The notes under the pieces: generated by a model
What the model was told of the DNA's origin: nothing
Seen by the model: only the letters and a program-made list of their open reading frames with translations
Databases searched by the model: none
Shown here: piece by piece, positions 34,977 to 45,245 of the stretch
Position numbering within the stretch: position 1 is the first letter of the stretch
Layout of the letters: every line of letters starts with the position of its first letter
Program-made: the position numbers and the translations under genes
Source of the DNA: Candidatus Avimonas faecium
GTDB lineage: Bacteria > Bacillota > Clostridia > Oscillospirales > Acutalibacteraceae
Direction of reading: 5' to 3'
NCBI GenBank assembly: GCA_904419005.1
Contig: CAJFQI010000004.1
Span: forward strand, 783 to 64,782
Length of the DNA stretch: 64,000 nt

Positions 34977-36263
34977 GTGAAAAGCGTGAAAGGGTATGAG
35001 GGGCACAGCGGGAAAAAAGGGGCAAAGCGGTGGCTGGCCGGGCTTCTTGCTGCCGTGATGGCTTCGGCGGGCGGCCTGTCCGCCTGGGCGGGGCAGGCCC
35101 CCGCCGTCATTATTGACACCGAGGCGGGGGAAACACAGGAGCAGGCGACCAGCGAGGAAGTCCCCGCCTGGGCCGCCGCGGAGACCGCCGCCCCGGCCGA
35201 AGCCTCGGCGCTTGAGGTGGGAGGGAAGTCCGCCATCCTGATCGAGCTGTCGAGCGGCCGGGTGCTGTTTGAGAAGAACCCGCATGAAAAACTGCCGATC
35301 GCCTCGGTGACCAAGGTGATGACCCTTCTGCTGATTATGGAGGCGATTGACCAGGGGACGCTGGCCTATGACGAGCCGGTGACCTGCTCCGCGCACGCGG
35401 CTTCGCTGGGCGGGTCCCAGATCTGGCTGGAGGAAGGGGAGGTCATGACCGTCCACGACCTGCTCAAGGCCATCGCGGTGGTGTCGGCCAACGACGCCTG
35501 CGCCATGATGGCGGAGCGGATCAGCGGCTCGGAGGAGGGCTTCGTGGCCCGGATGAACGAGCGGGCGGCCGAGTTGGGGATGGCCGACACCCTCTTTACC
35601 GATTGCTGCGGGCTGGACGAGGCAGCCTATTCCTCCGCCTACGACGTGGCGCTGATGTCCCGGGAGCTGATGAAGCACCCCAAGATCACGGAGTATACCA
35701 CCATCTGGATGGACACCCTGCGCAACGGGGAATCCCAGCTGGTCAATACCAACAAGCTGGTCCGGCATTATTCCGGGGCGACCGGCCTGAAGACGGGGAC
35801 GACCAGCCAGGCCGGCCACTGTCTTTCCGCCACCGCCGAGCGGGACGGGATGGGCCTGTGCGCGGTAATCCTGGGCTGCTCCACTACCGACGAGCGGTTC
35901 GGCGGCGCGCGCAAGATGCTTGATTATGGGTTTGCCAATTACGCGGTCTACACCCCCTCGGTGGATGAGGCCGCCCTCACCCCGGTCAGGGTGCTCCGGG
36001 GGGCGGAGGAGACGGTAGCCCCGGAGATGGACCCGCTGACCCCCCTGCTCATCAAGAAGGGGCAGGAAGCCGCCATCACCCCGTCGTTCGAGCTGGCCGC
36101 CGACCTAGAGGCGCCGGTCTATGAGCGGCAGGTCATCGGCAAGCTGACCCTCACGCTGGACGGCAGCACGCTGGCCGAGTACGAGGTGTACGCCTCCAAA
36201 GCCGTGGCCCGGCTGGGGATAAAGCAGGCCTTTGCCCGGCTGCTTGCCGCCCTGATCGCCTAA
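34977..36263 (+). CDS. D-alanyl-D-alanine carboxypeptidase (S11, DacB/PBP5-type), catalytically intact
   Basis: 428 aa with SxxK = SVTK (IASVTKVMT), SxN = SAND and KTG = KTGTT, plus a signal peptide. The start is GTG 34977 or GTG 34986. Confidence 0.9.
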   Translation: MKSVKGYEGHSGKKGAKRWLAGLLAAVMASAGGLSAWAGQAPAVIIDTEAGETQEQATSEEVPAWAAAETAAPAEASALEVGGKSAILIELSSGRVLFEKNPHEKLPIASVTKVMTLLLIMEAIDQGTLAYDEPVTCSAHAASLGGSQIWLEEGEVMTVHDLLKAIAVVSANDACAMMAERISGSEEGFVARMNERAAELGMADTLFTDCCGLDEAAYSSAYDVALMSRELMKHPKITEYTTIWMDTLRNGESQLVNTNKLVRHYSGATGLKTGTTSQAGHCLSATAERDGMGLCAVILGCSTTDERFGGARKMLDYGFANYAVYTPSVDEAALTPVRVLRGAEETVAPEMDPLTPLLIKKGQEAAITPSFELAADLEAPVYERQVIGKLTLTLDGSTLAEYEVYASKAVARLGIKQAFARLLAALIA

Positions 36264-36544
36264 GGGCGCGGGGATCCGTAAAGGGCGGGTACGGCCTGCC
36301 GGATCCGCGGGAGGGCTCCGCCCGGGCATTCTGCCTGAATAAAACGGCACGCATGGCCGGCCGTCCCGAGCGGGGCGGCGCGGAGGATATCCGGAGGCAG
36401 GACGGCCGCCGGCAGCGCCGCGGGACGCCGGGAGGCTTCCGCGGCGTCTGTCTGCGCCGGGATGTTCTTATAGCGGCCCCGGCGAGAAGGAAAAAGCGGC
36501 GGAAAGCAAAAGGTAAACATTTAGTGAAAGTTTCCTGATTAAGG

Positions 36545-36573
36545 TTGCAAACCCTCGTCAAGTATTGTAAAAT
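36545..36573 (+). promoter_or_regulatory. sigma-A-type promoter of pgi
   Basis: TTGCAA (36545-36550), 17 nt, TAAAAT (36568-36573) preceded by TG. Confidence 0.55.
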
Positions 36574-36639
36574 GTAAGCAGATAAGCCGCCGGGCCCTTG
36601 TCCCAGCAGGCTACCCCCGAAAAGAAAGGATGATCCGCT

Positions 36640-37980
36640 ATGTCCGTCACGCTCGATACCCGCTATCTTGACGGCTTTGTCCGCCCGCAGGAATGGGGCG
36701 CCATGCAGCCGCAGGTCGCCGCTGCGCACGAGCTGCTGCATACGGGGACGGGCCTGGGAAACGACTTCCTGGGCTGGCTGAACCTGCCGACCGATTACGA
36801 TAAAGAGGAATTCGCCCGCATCCAGGCTGCGGCCGCCCGGATCCGCAAGGATACGGATGTGTTTGTCGTCATCGGCATCGGCGGCTCGTACCTCGGCGCC
36901 CGCGCGGCGATTGAATTTTTGAAGTCGGAGCGGTACAACGCCAAGCGCAAAAACACCCCCGACATCTATTTTACCGGCAACAACATCAGCTCCACCGCGC
37001 TCAGCGAGCTGCTTGAGATCTGCGAGGGCCGCCGGGTGTCAATCAACGTCATCTCCAAATCCGGCACCACTACCGAGCCGGCGATCGCCTTCCGCGTGTT
37101 CCGCGACTACCTTGAGCGCACCCTCGGCGCGGAGGGCGCCAGGAAGCGGATCTATGTGACCACCGACAAGGCAAAGGGCACCCTCAAGGGCCTGTCCGAC
37201 CGGGAGGGATACGAAACCTTCGTCGTACCGGACGACGTGGGCGGCCGTTTTTCGGTGCTCACGGCGGTCGGGCTGCTGCCCATCGCGGTGGCGGGCTGCG
37301 ACATTGAGGCGCTGATGGCCGGCGCGGCCGAGGCGCAGAAGGCGCTCTGCGACCCGGATATTGAAAAGAACGACTGCTACCGCTATGCCGCTGCCCGCAA
37401 CATCCTGCTGCGCAAGGGCCGCGCGGTGGAGCTGATGGTGGGCTACGAGCCGTGCTATCAGATGATGGCGGAGTGGTGGAAGCAGCTTTACGGCGAGAGC
37501 GAGGGCAAGGACGGCAAGGGGCTTTTCCCCGCCTCCGTGATCTTTTCCACCGACCTGCACTCCCTCGGGCAGTTTGTTCAGGACGGCTCGAACATCCTGT
37601 TTGAGACGGTGGTCCTGATCGACAAAGCCCGCAAGGAGCTGACCATCAAGGAAGATCCCGAGAACGTAGACGGCCTGAATTTCCTGGCCGGAAGGACCAT
37701 GGATTACGTCAACAAAAAGGCGTTTGAGGGGACGGTGCTCGCGCACAGCGACGGCGGCACCCCCAGCCTTGTGATCCACGTCCCCGACGTGTCGGAGGCT
37801 TCCCTCGGCTATCTGATCTATTTCTTTGAGAAGGCCTGCGCCGTCTCCGGCTATATGCTCGGCGTCAACCCGTTTGACCAGCCCGGCGTGGAAAGCTATA
37901 AGAAGAATATGTTCGCCCTGCTGGGCAAGCCCGGCTACGAGGCCGAGCGGGAGGCGCTGGAAAAACGGCTCGGCCGGTAA
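36640..37980 (+). CDS. pgi: glucose-6-phosphate isomerase
   Basis: 446 aa, the Firmicute-type short PGI, with [14 protein letters not shown] and [10 protein letters not shown]. Confidence 0.96.
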   Translation: MSVTLDTRYLDGFVRPQEWGAMQPQVAAAHELLHTGTGLGNDFLGWLNLPTDYDKEEFARIQAAAARIRKDTDVFVVIGIGGSYLGARAAIEFLKSERYNAKRKNTPDIYFTGNNISSTALSELLEICEGRRVSINVISKSGTTTEPAIAFRVFRDYLERTLGAEGARKRIYVTTDKAKGTLKGLSDREGYETFVVPDDVGGRFSVLTAVGLLPIAVAGCDIEALMAGAAEAQKALCDPDIEKNDCYRYAAARNILLRKGRAVELMVGYEPCYQMMAEWWKQLYGESEGKDGKGLFPASVIFSTDLHSLGQFVQDGSNILFETVVLIDKARKELTIKEDPENVDGLNFLAGRTMDYVNKKAFEGTVLAHSDGGTPSLVIHVPDVSEASLGYLIYFFEKACAVSGYMLGVNPFDQPGVESYKKNMFALLGKPGYEAEREALEKRLGR

Positions 37981-38100
37981 AGCGGCCCCTTACGCCGGGA
38001 AGGAATGCAGCGGCGGGCGCGGCCCGCTTCACAGAATATTGTCCCGTCTGATGCGGATGGTCCCGCGGACGCGGATACTATAGATTAGGAGGAAATGAAA

Positions 38101-38514
38101 ATGGTTACTTTAATCCTTGGCAAAAAGGGCAGCGGCAAAACCAAGCGCCTGATTGATCTGTGCAACGCCGCCACGGCGGAGTCCAAGGGCAACGTGGTGT
38201 TTGTGGAGAAGGAAGGCATCCTGATTTACGACGTCAGCTCCAAGGCGCGCCTGGTCGTGGCGGACGAGTACGGGATCAAAGGGTTTGAAGCGCTGTACGG
38301 TTTCATTTCCGGTATGTGCGCGGGCAATTACGATATCACCGACGTGTTTGTGGACTCCACCCGCAAGATCGGCGGCAGCGATCCGGAGGCGCTGGCGGAT
38401 TTTGTGGATAAGCTCGCGGCGCTGGCCAAGAAGACCGAAACCCGCATGGTGCTTTCGGTTTCCGCCGATAAGAGCGAGATCCCGGAGCGGCTGGCGGCTT
38501 ACGCGGAGGAATAA
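38101..38514 (+). CDS. mini P-loop NTPase, function unknown
   Basis: 137 aa from ATG 38101, which has the best spacing to AGGAGG. Walker A is GKKGSGKT and a Walker-B-like segment is ITDVFVDS. I recognise no further family signature. Confidence 0.55.
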   Translation: MVTLILGKKGSGKTKRLIDLCNAATAESKGNVVFVEKEGILIYDVSSKARLVVADEYGIKGFEALYGFISGMCAGNYDITDVFVDSTRKIGGSDPEALADFVDKLAALAKKTETRMVLSVSADKSEIPERLAAYAEE

Positions 38515-38600
38515 TCCCGGCGGCTTGACACATCCTAAGGATACCGGCGCGGCGGGGGCCCAGGCTCCCGCCGCCGTTTCGCACACAGGAGGACGGGGCC

Positions 38601-39416
38601 ATGGCGGCGATATGGTACGAGGGCAACCTCAACAAATCGGAAAATAAGCGGGAGGAAAACGGCGTCACCTATTATATCCGCGGCGTGCGGGAGGTGGACG
38701 GCGCGCGGTATGAGCGCTACGCCGTCCAGACCCACTTCATTGAACGCGGGGAGGATTATGTGGAGGTTGTCCGCCGCTATGTGTCTCCCTTGTACAAGCC
38801 CGGCGACATCGTGACCATCAGTGAGAAGGTGGTCTCGATGTGCCAGGACAACACGGTAGAGATGAAGGACGTTAAGGTGGGCTTTTGGGCAAAGTTCCTT
38901 TCCAAATTCGCCACCCACAACGTCAACGGCATTGGGATGGACGAGCCGTACAAGCTCCAGCTGGCGATCAATATGAAGGGGCTGCCCCTGATCCTGTGGG
39001 CCAGCTTCTGCGGCGCGGTCTGCCGCCTGTTCGGCAAGCGGGGGGTGTTTTACACCATCGTTGGGCAGGACGTGTCCGGGATTGACGGCTTTTACAGCCA
39101 TTCCGCGTTTGAAACCTACCACACCCTCGCAGTGCTCAACCCCAAGGAGCCGGACAAGGTCTGCGCGGAGATTGAGCAGGCGCTGGGCGTCGCCTGCGCG
39201 GTGGTGGACGCCAACGACATCAACGTGGAGATCCTCGGCCGTTCCCCCTCCCTGCTGGACAAGCCCGCCGAATTCGTGGCCGAGCTGATCCGGGACAACC
39301 CCGCCGGCCAGGACGACGAGCTGACGCCGCTGGTCATCAGCCGGGATATCGGGGATGCCCCGGCCCAGCCGTATGTGCCGGTGGAGGCGATCGACGGCCC
39401 GCCGGCGGCGCATTGA
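38601..39416 (+). CDS. CofE-like (F420-0:gamma-glutamyl ligase family) protein
   Basis: 271 aa. IVTISEKVVSMCQ, VSGIDGFYS and AVVDANDINVEILGRS resemble the CofE/FbiB-N ligase motifs (KVVSKAEG, GIDxSN, DS/DT...G). The call is from remembered motifs only. Confidence 0.45.
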   Translation: MAAIWYEGNLNKSENKREENGVTYYIRGVREVDGARYERYAVQTHFIERGEDYVEVVRRYVSPLYKPGDIVTISEKVVSMCQDNTVEMKDVKVGFWAKFLSKFATHNVNGIGMDEPYKLQLAINMKGLPLILWASFCGAVCRLFGKRGVFYTIVGQDVSGIDGFYSHSAFETYHTLAVLNPKEPDKVCAEIEQALGVACAVVDANDINVEILGRSPSLLDKPAEFVAELIRDNPAGQDDELTPLVISRDIGDAPAQPYVPVEAIDGPPAAH

Positions 39417-39502
39417 CCTGCTTTGCAGGCCGGAACCGGCGGCCCTCGCTCCCCGGGAAACGGGGCCGGGGCCGGCCCGGCAATTTCCCTGCAAGAATTT
39501 TC

Positions 39503-39531
39503 TTGACATTCGTGTAGGGAGTCGGTATAAT
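39503..39531 (+). promoter_or_regulatory. consensus sigma-A promoter of yceD-rpmF
   Basis: TTGACA (39503-39508), 17 nt, TATAAT (39526-39531). Confidence 0.65.
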
Positions 39532-39557
39532 ATTTGGCGTGACACTTGAGGTGGAGT

Positions 39558-40052
39558 ATGCTTTACCAGTTGAAACCGCTGTTTATGGGCCAGGAAGAGT
39601 CCCTGCCTATAAATTGTGTGATGGATTTTTCCGGACTGGAATACCAAAACGCGCACCCCTTCCAAAGCCCGGTGGCGGTGGAGGGGGAACTCCGTGCCGC
39701 GGCGGGGGTTGTTACGCTGCGCATGACGGTCCGCACGCAGATCCATGGGGAGTGCGACCGCTGCCTTGCCGCCTATGTCCATCCGATGGAGGTGGCGGCG
39801 GAGCGCGTGCTGGTCACTTCCCTCAACGACGAGGAAAACGACGATTACCTGCTGCTTGAGGACTACCGCCTGGACTTGGACGGGCTGGTGGAAGAGGAAT
39901 TGATCCTGAACCTCCCGTCCAAAAACCTCTGCCGGCCAGACTGCCGCGGGCTGTGCCCGAAATGCGGCAAGAATCTGAACGAGGGGCTTTGCGGCTGCCG
40001 CAGCGATACGGTGGATCCCCGTCTTGAGGCGTTACGGCAGCTTATAAACTGA
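39558..40052 (+). CDS. yceD: YceD/DUF177 family protein (23S rRNA accumulation protein)
   Basis: 164 aa with a C-terminal Cys cluster (CRPDCRGLCPKCGKNLNEGLCGC). Its position directly upstream of rpmF is conserved. The start is ATG 39558 or TTG 39546. Confidence 0.85.
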   Translation: MLYQLKPLFMGQEESLPINCVMDFSGLEYQNAHPFQSPVAVEGELRAAAGVVTLRMTVRTQIHGECDRCLAAYVHPMEVAAERVLVTSLNDEENDDYLLLEDYRLDLDGLVEEELILNLPSKNLCRPDCRGLCPKCGKNLNEGLCGCRSDTVDPRLEALRQLIN

Positions 40053-40153
40053 GCGGAGAGGGGATTTCGTTTCCACTTTTCGTTGAGGAGGGGGGCCGGC
40101 GGCGGTTGCCGGTAAGGCGCCCCTTTGATACCAGTACTAAGGAGGTGCTGACG

Positions 40154-40336
40154 ATGGCGGTACCCAAGAGAAAAACATCCAAAGCCCGGCGCGACAAGCG
40201 GCGCTCCAATGTATGGAAGCTGGAGGCTCCGGCGCTTGTGAAGTGCCCGCAGTGCGGCGAGTATAAGCGCCCGCACCGTCTCTGCAGCAATTGCGGCTAC
40301 TATAACGGCCGGCAGATTGTGAAGAAGGATGCGTAA
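40154..40336 (+). CDS. rpmF: 50S ribosomal protein L32
   Basis: 60 aa after trimming: MAVPKRKTSKARRDKRRS...CPQCGEYKRPHRLCSNCG. Confidence 0.95.
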   Translation: MAVPKRKTSKARRDKRRSNVWKLEAPALVKCPQCGEYKRPHRLCSNCGYYNGRQIVKKDA

Positions 40337-40377
40337 GCTGCCGGCTTGCCGGACTTAGGCATACGCAAAAGGCAAAG

Positions 40378-40407
40378 TAGAGAGGGAGCGATCCTTCTCT
40401 ATTTTTG
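40378..40407 (+). terminator. rho-independent terminator after rpmF
   Basis: Stem tagagaggga / tccttctcta with one mismatch and loop gcga, followed by TTTTT. Confidence 0.6.
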
Positions 40408-40522
40408 TATGCAGGGAAACCGCCCCGCGTGGGCCCCTGTGCGGCGGGTGCCCTGGGGAACAGCCCGCGCCCTCCGGCGCGGCGGGGCAAGGACGGCGGA
40501 CGCCGGGAAAGGAATATCGCTT

Positions 40523-41821
40523 ATGGGGGTAACGATCGCCGGCGTAGCGGCGGGCAGCCCGGCGGCGCGGCACGGCCTGCGCGCGGGGGATGAGCTTCTG
40601 CGGATGAACGGGCACGAGATTGCGGATGTGCTTGATTACCGCTTTTATATGAGAGAGGCGGTCCTGTCGCTCACCCTTTCCCGCGGAGGGAAAAAGCTCT
40701 TGCTCCGCCTGCACAAACGGCCGGAGGAGGAGCTGGGGCTGGAATTTGCCACCTATCTGATGGATTCCCAGCATTCCTGCCGCAACCAATGCATCTTCTG
40801 CTTTATTGACCAGCTCCCGCCCGGGATGCGGGAATCGCTGTACTTCAAGGACGACGACTCCCGCCTCTCCTTCCTGTTCGGCAACTACATCACTCTGACC
40901 AATCTGAGCGAGCACGAGATCGCGCGGATTATCGCCATGCACATCAGCCCGATCAACGTGTCCGTCCACACCACCAATCCGGAGCTGCGCTGCCGGATGA
41001 TGCACAACCGTTTTGCAGGGAGCTGCCTGGATACCTTAAAGCGGTTTGCGGCGGCAGGGATTAAGCTGGAGTGCCAGCTCGTGCTCTGTCCCGGCGTCAA
41101 CGACGGGGCGGAGCTGGAGCGGACGATGGACGACCTGGCCGCCCTGGTCCCGGCGGTCGAGAGCGTGGCCGCCGTGCCGGTCGGCCTGACCAAGCACCGG
41201 CAGGGCCTGCCCCCTCTGCGGATGTATACCCGGCAGGAGGCGGCCGCCGTCGTGGCGCAGGTTGAGGCTTTTGGGGACCGGATGCTGGCCGCCCACGGCA
41301 GCCGGATTTTTTACCCGGCGGATGAATTTTACCTCCAGGCCGGGCTGCCGGTGCCGGAGGACGAGGACTATTACGGGGATTTTTCCCAGCTTGAGAACGG
41401 GGTGGGGATGACCGCCCTGCTCAAATCCCAGTTCCGCGAGGCGCTGGGCGCCTGTACAAAATCCCCCAAGGGGAGCCGGCTGACCCTGGCTACCGGCACC
41501 GCCGCCCTGCCGCTGATGCAGGAGCTGGTGGAGCAGGCCAGGGCGCGGTGGCCGGAAATCCGGGCGGAGGTCCTCGCCGTCCGCAACGACTTTTTCGGCG
41601 AGACGATTACCGTGGCGGGGCTGGTGACCGGCGGCGACCTGATCCGGCAGCTCCGGGGCCGCACCGGGGAGATCCTGGTGATCCCGGAGGTGATGCTGCG
41701 GCACGAGGGGGATGTTTTCCTTGACGACGTGTCGCGGCAGGATGTGGAAAAGGCGCTCGGCGTCCGGCTGGTGGCCTGCCCGGTTGATGGGGAGGCGCTG
41801 CTTGGGGCGCTGCTGCTGTGA
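40523..41821 (+). CDS. PDZ + radical-SAM-like + DUF512 protein
   Basis: Trimmed to ATG 40523, giving 432 aa. The N-terminal PDZ-like region reads GSPAARHGLRAGDELLRMNG, and CRNQCIFC (CX3CX2C) follows. Its position upstream of der is usual for DUF512 proteins in Clostridia. Confidence 0.75.
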   Translation: MGVTIAGVAAGSPAARHGLRAGDELLRMNGHEIADVLDYRFYMREAVLSLTLSRGGKKLLLRLHKRPEEELGLEFATYLMDSQHSCRNQCIFCFIDQLPPGMRESLYFKDDDSRLSFLFGNYITLTNLSEHEIARIIAMHISPINVSVHTTNPELRCRMMHNRFAGSCLDTLKRFAAAGIKLECQLVLCPGVNDGAELERTMDDLAALVPAVESVAAVPVGLTKHRQGLPPLRMYTRQEAAAVVAQVEAFGDRMLAAHGSRIFYPADEFYLQAGLPVPEDEDYYGDFSQLENGVGMTALLKSQFREALGACTKSPKGSRLTLATGTAALPLMQELVEQARARWPEIRAEVLAVRNDFFGETITVAGLVTGGDLIRQLRGRTGEILVIPEVMLRHEGDVFLDDVSRQDVEKALGVRLVACPVDGEALLGALLL

Positions 41822-41909
41822 GGAGGCCCCGCCGGCCAAAGGGCGGCGCGCAGGGCGCGGATGCCTCCGTGCGATAACCGCGTGAGAATACGATAGGAAG
41901 GTGAAGGGA

Positions 41910-43241
41910 ATGGCGCGTCCGGTCGTCGCTGTGGTGGGCCGGCCCAACGTAGGCAAATCCACCCTCTTTAATAAACTGATCGGCCGGCGGCTGTCAATTG
42001 TCAAGGACACGCCGGGCGTGACCAGGGACCGCATCTTTGCCGAATGCGAGTGGTGCGGCCGCCGCTTCATGCTGGCGGACACCGGCGGGATTGAGCCGCA
42101 CTCGGACGACGTCATCCTCTCCCAGATGCGGCGGCAGGCGCAGCTCGCGATTGAGCAGGCGGACGTGATCGTGCTGGTGACCGACCTGCGGGCGGGCGTC
42201 ACCGCCAACGACGCCGACGTGGCCGCCATGCTCCAAAAGAGCGGGAAGCCGGTCGTGCTCTGCGTCAACAAATGCGACTCGGTGGGCGAGCCGCCGGCGG
42301 AGTTTTACGAGTTTTACAACCTCGGCCTGGGGGACCCCATCCCGGTGTCCTCGGTGCACGGCCATGGGACCGGCGACCTGCTTGATGCGGTGTGCGCGCT
42401 CCTTCCCGCGGAGCCGGAGGAGGCGGAGGAGGCCGAGGCTATCAAGGTGGCGGTCATCGGCAAGCCCAACGCGGGCAAATCCTCCCTGGTCAACCGGGTG
42501 GCGGGGCAGGAGCGGGCGATCGTGTCGGACATCGCCGGCACTACCCGCGACGCGATCGACACCCCGGTGCATAACGAGCACGGCGATTTTGTCTTTATTG
42601 ACACCGCCGGCCTGCGCCGCCGCAGCCGGGTGGACGATGCGATTGAGAAATACAGCGTGCTGCGCGCCCAGATGGCGGTGGAGCGGGCGGACGTCTGCGT
42701 GATTATGATTGACGCGACGGAGGGCTTTACCGAGCAGGACAGCAAGGTGGCCGGCATCGCGCATGAGCAGGGCAAGGGCTGCATCATCGCGGTCAACAAG
42801 TGGGACGCCGTGGAAAAGGACGGCCACACCATGGACGTGATGCGGAAAAAGCTGATGAACGACTTTTCCTTCATGTCCTACGCCCCGCTGATCTTCATTT
42901 CCGCCAAGACCGGGCAGCGGATTGACCGGCTGTTTGAGCTGATCCACTACGTCGCCCAGCAGAACGCGATGCGGATCTCGACCGGGATGCTCAACGACGT
43001 GCTGGCCGACGCGACGGCGCGGGTGCAGCCGCCTACCGACAAGGGCCGGCGCCTGCGGATTTATTACATGACCCAGGCGTCGACCAAGCCGCCGACGTTC
43101 GTCTGCTTTGTCAACCGGGCGGATTTGTTCCATTTCTCCTACCAGCGGTACCTGGAAAACCAGATCCGGGAGACCTTCGGGCTGGAGGGGACGCCGGTGC
43201 GCTTTGTCATCCGGGAGCGGGGAGAGACAGGCGGGAAATAG
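41910..43241 (+). CDS. der: ribosome-biogenesis GTPase Der (EngA)
   Basis: It has two G domains (GRPNVGKST and GKPNAGKSS) and a KH-like C-terminus. ATG 41910 lies behind GGAAGGTGAAGGG. Confidence 0.96.
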   Translation: MARPVVAVVGRPNVGKSTLFNKLIGRRLSIVKDTPGVTRDRIFAECEWCGRRFMLADTGGIEPHSDDVILSQMRRQAQLAIEQADVIVLVTDLRAGVTANDADVAAMLQKSGKPVVLCVNKCDSVGEPPAEFYEFYNLGLGDPIPVSSVHGHGTGDLLDAVCALLPAEPEEAEEAEAIKVAVIGKPNAGKSSLVNRVAGQERAIVSDIAGTTRDAIDTPVHNEHGDFVFIDTAGLRRRSRVDDAIEKYSVLRAQMAVERADVCVIMIDATEGFTEQDSKVAGIAHEQGKGCIIAVNKWDAVEKDGHTMDVMRKKLMNDFSFMSYAPLIFISAKTGQRIDRLFELIHYVAQQNAMRISTGMLNDVLADATARVQPPTDKGRRLRIYYMTQASTKPPTFVCFVNRADLFHFSYQRYLENQIRETFGLEGTPVRFVIRERGETGGK

Positions 43242-43309
43242 CGGGGACGCACTCCCGGAGGCGGGAGCCGCTTCGGAAGGCCATCAAGCAAAGAAAGGGC
43301 GATTGCTCA

Positions 43310-44020
43310 ATGCTATCGGAGTACACGGAGTTTTTGGCGGCCTGCTGGCCGTCGCTGCTGCTGACCGCGCTGTGCGCGTACCTGCTGGGCAGTATCAACT
43401 TTGCGATCATCGTCACCCGGATCTTTTCCCATTCGGACATCCGGGACAGCGGGAGCGGCAACGCCGGCGCGACCAACGTGCTGCGCTCCCAGGGGCCGCT
43501 GCCCGCCCTGCTGACCACGGTGGGCGACCTGCTCAAAAGCATTGCGGCGGTGCTTCTGGGCCGCTGGCTGATGCAGGCCATGAACGCCGAATTCGCGGCG
43601 GGCAGCACGGCGGATGTCGCCCTGATCGGCGCGTACTTAGCGGGGCTTTTCTGCGTGATCGGCCATCTGAAGCCGCTTTATTTCGGGTTCCGCGGGGGCA
43701 AGGGCGTGCTGGCCTCCCTGGGGATGATGCTGGTCCTGGACTGGCGGGCCGCCCTGATCTGCCTTGGGCTTTTCATCGTGGTGGTGCTGCTGTTCCGGAT
43801 GGTGTCCCTGGGCTCGGTGTGCGCGGCGGTCGCGCTGCCGTTTGTCACCTTTGCGTTCAGCGCGCTGGTGGATCACAACCGCCTGTCGGATACGGTGTTC
43901 TGCACCCTGATGACGGCCTTTATCGCGCTGATCCTGGTGTGCAAGCACATCCCAAACCTTAAGCGGATTGCGAACGGGACGGAGAACAAGCTGTCGTTCG
44001 GCAAAAAGGGGAAAGAATAA
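43310..44020 (+). CDS. plsY: glycerol-3-phosphate acyltransferase PlsY
   Basis: 236 aa with YLLGSINFAIIV, GSGNAGATN and the FRGGKG motif. Confidence 0.93.
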   Translation: MLSEYTEFLAACWPSLLLTALCAYLLGSINFAIIVTRIFSHSDIRDSGSGNAGATNVLRSQGPLPALLTTVGDLLKSIAAVLLGRWLMQAMNAEFAAGSTADVALIGAYLAGLFCVIGHLKPLYFGFRGGKGVLASLGMMLVLDWRAALICLGLFIVVVLLFRMVSLGSVCAAVALPFVTFAFSALVDHNRLSDTVFCTLMTAFIALILVCKHIPNLKRIANGTENKLSFGKKGKE

Positions 44021-44030
44021 AAACGGTACA

Positions 44031-44063
44031 AAAGCCGCGGCGCGGATCCCTGCCGCGGCTTTT
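44031..44063 (+). terminator. hairpin after plsY
   Basis: Stem aaagccgcggc / gccgcggcttt followed by T. It may only attenuate read-through into gpsA. Confidence 0.45.
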
Positions 44064-44095
44064 GATCATCCGGTCTGGATAAGGAGGAAAAAATC

Positions 44096-45127
44096 ATGGC
44101 GCAGCAGGCAGCGATCGCGGTATTGGGCGCGGGCGGCTGGGGGACGGCCCTGGCCGTTATGGCGGACAAATACGGGCACCGGGTGAGCCTTTGGTCCCCG
44201 TTTGAGCAAGAAGTTGCCGCCATCCGGCGGTTTGACGAGCATAAGAAACTGCTCCCGGGCGTTTCGGTGCCGCCTTCGATCCGGCTGACCAGCGACCTTT
44301 CCTGCGTGCAGGGGGCGCGGCTGGTGATCCTGGCCGTCCCCTCCTTCGCGATTGCGGAGACGGCGGCCAAGCTGGGGCTTTACCTGGCGCCGGGGACGCT
44401 GGTTGCCAACGCCGGCAAGGGGCTGGAGGCCGGCACCCACCGCCGCTTTACCCAGGTGATCGCCGAGGCGCTGCCCTCCGCGCGGGTCGCTGCGCTCTCC
44501 GGCCCCTCCCATGCGGAGGAGGTCGCGCGCGGGGTGCCCACCTCCGTCATCAGCGCGTCGCAGGACATCGCCGCAGCAGAGGAGGTGCAGGAGCTGCTGA
44601 TGAACCCCCGCTTCCGGGTGTACGCCAGCGACGACGTCACCGGGGTGGAGCTGGGCGGCGCGCTGAAAAACGTGATCGCCCTGGCGGCCGGTATCTGTGA
44701 CGGGCTGGAGATCGGGGACAACACCAAGGCGGCCCTGATGACCCGGGGGCTCGCGGAGATTGCCCGCCTCGGGCTGGCGCTGGGGGCCAGGGCCGAGACC
44801 TTTGCCGGCCTGTCCGGCATGGGCGACCTGATCGTGACCTGCGGCTCCCTGCACTCCCGCAACCGGCGGGCGGGCATCCTGATCGGCCAGGGCCGCACGC
44901 CGCAGGAGGCGGTCCGCCAGGTCGGCACGGTCGAGGGCTACCACGCCGCGTTGGCGGGCTGGGAGCTCGCGCAGTCCCTGCATGTCGAGATGCCGATCAC
45001 CGAGCAGTGCTATGCCGTGTGCTACCAGGGCCAGCCTCCCCGGGAGGCGATCTCCCGCCTGATGGAGCGCCCGCGCCGCCGCGAAACCGAGGACGGCTGG
45101 CAGCCCCGCGGGCAAAGGAATGTGTAG
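44096..45127 (+). CDS. gpsA: NAD(P)H-dependent glycerol-3-phosphate dehydrogenase
   Basis: 343 aa with the N-terminal Rossmann motif VLGAGGWGTALA and the LKNVIALAAG motif. Confidence 0.95.
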   Translation: MAQQAAIAVLGAGGWGTALAVMADKYGHRVSLWSPFEQEVAAIRRFDEHKKLLPGVSVPPSIRLTSDLSCVQGARLVILAVPSFAIAETAAKLGLYLAPGTLVANAGKGLEAGTHRRFTQVIAEALPSARVAALSGPSHAEEVARGVPTSVISASQDIAAAEEVQELLMNPRFRVYASDDVTGVELGGALKNVIALAAGICDGLEIGDNTKAALMTRGLAEIARLGLALGARAETFAGLSGMGDLIVTCGSLHSRNRRAGILIGQGRTPQEAVRQVGTVEGYHAALAGWELAQSLHVEMPITEQCYAVCYQGQPPREAISRLMERPRRRETEDGWQPRGQRNV

Positions 45128-45245
45128 GGTGCCTCTATAGCCTGGGGGAAAGGGGCGGAGCGTTCCGGCGCAAAGGCGGCGCCGCTTTCGCTGGCAATCC
45201 GCCGCCAGGGGCCTGGGCTCTCCGGCACCCATGGGAGGGATATTG

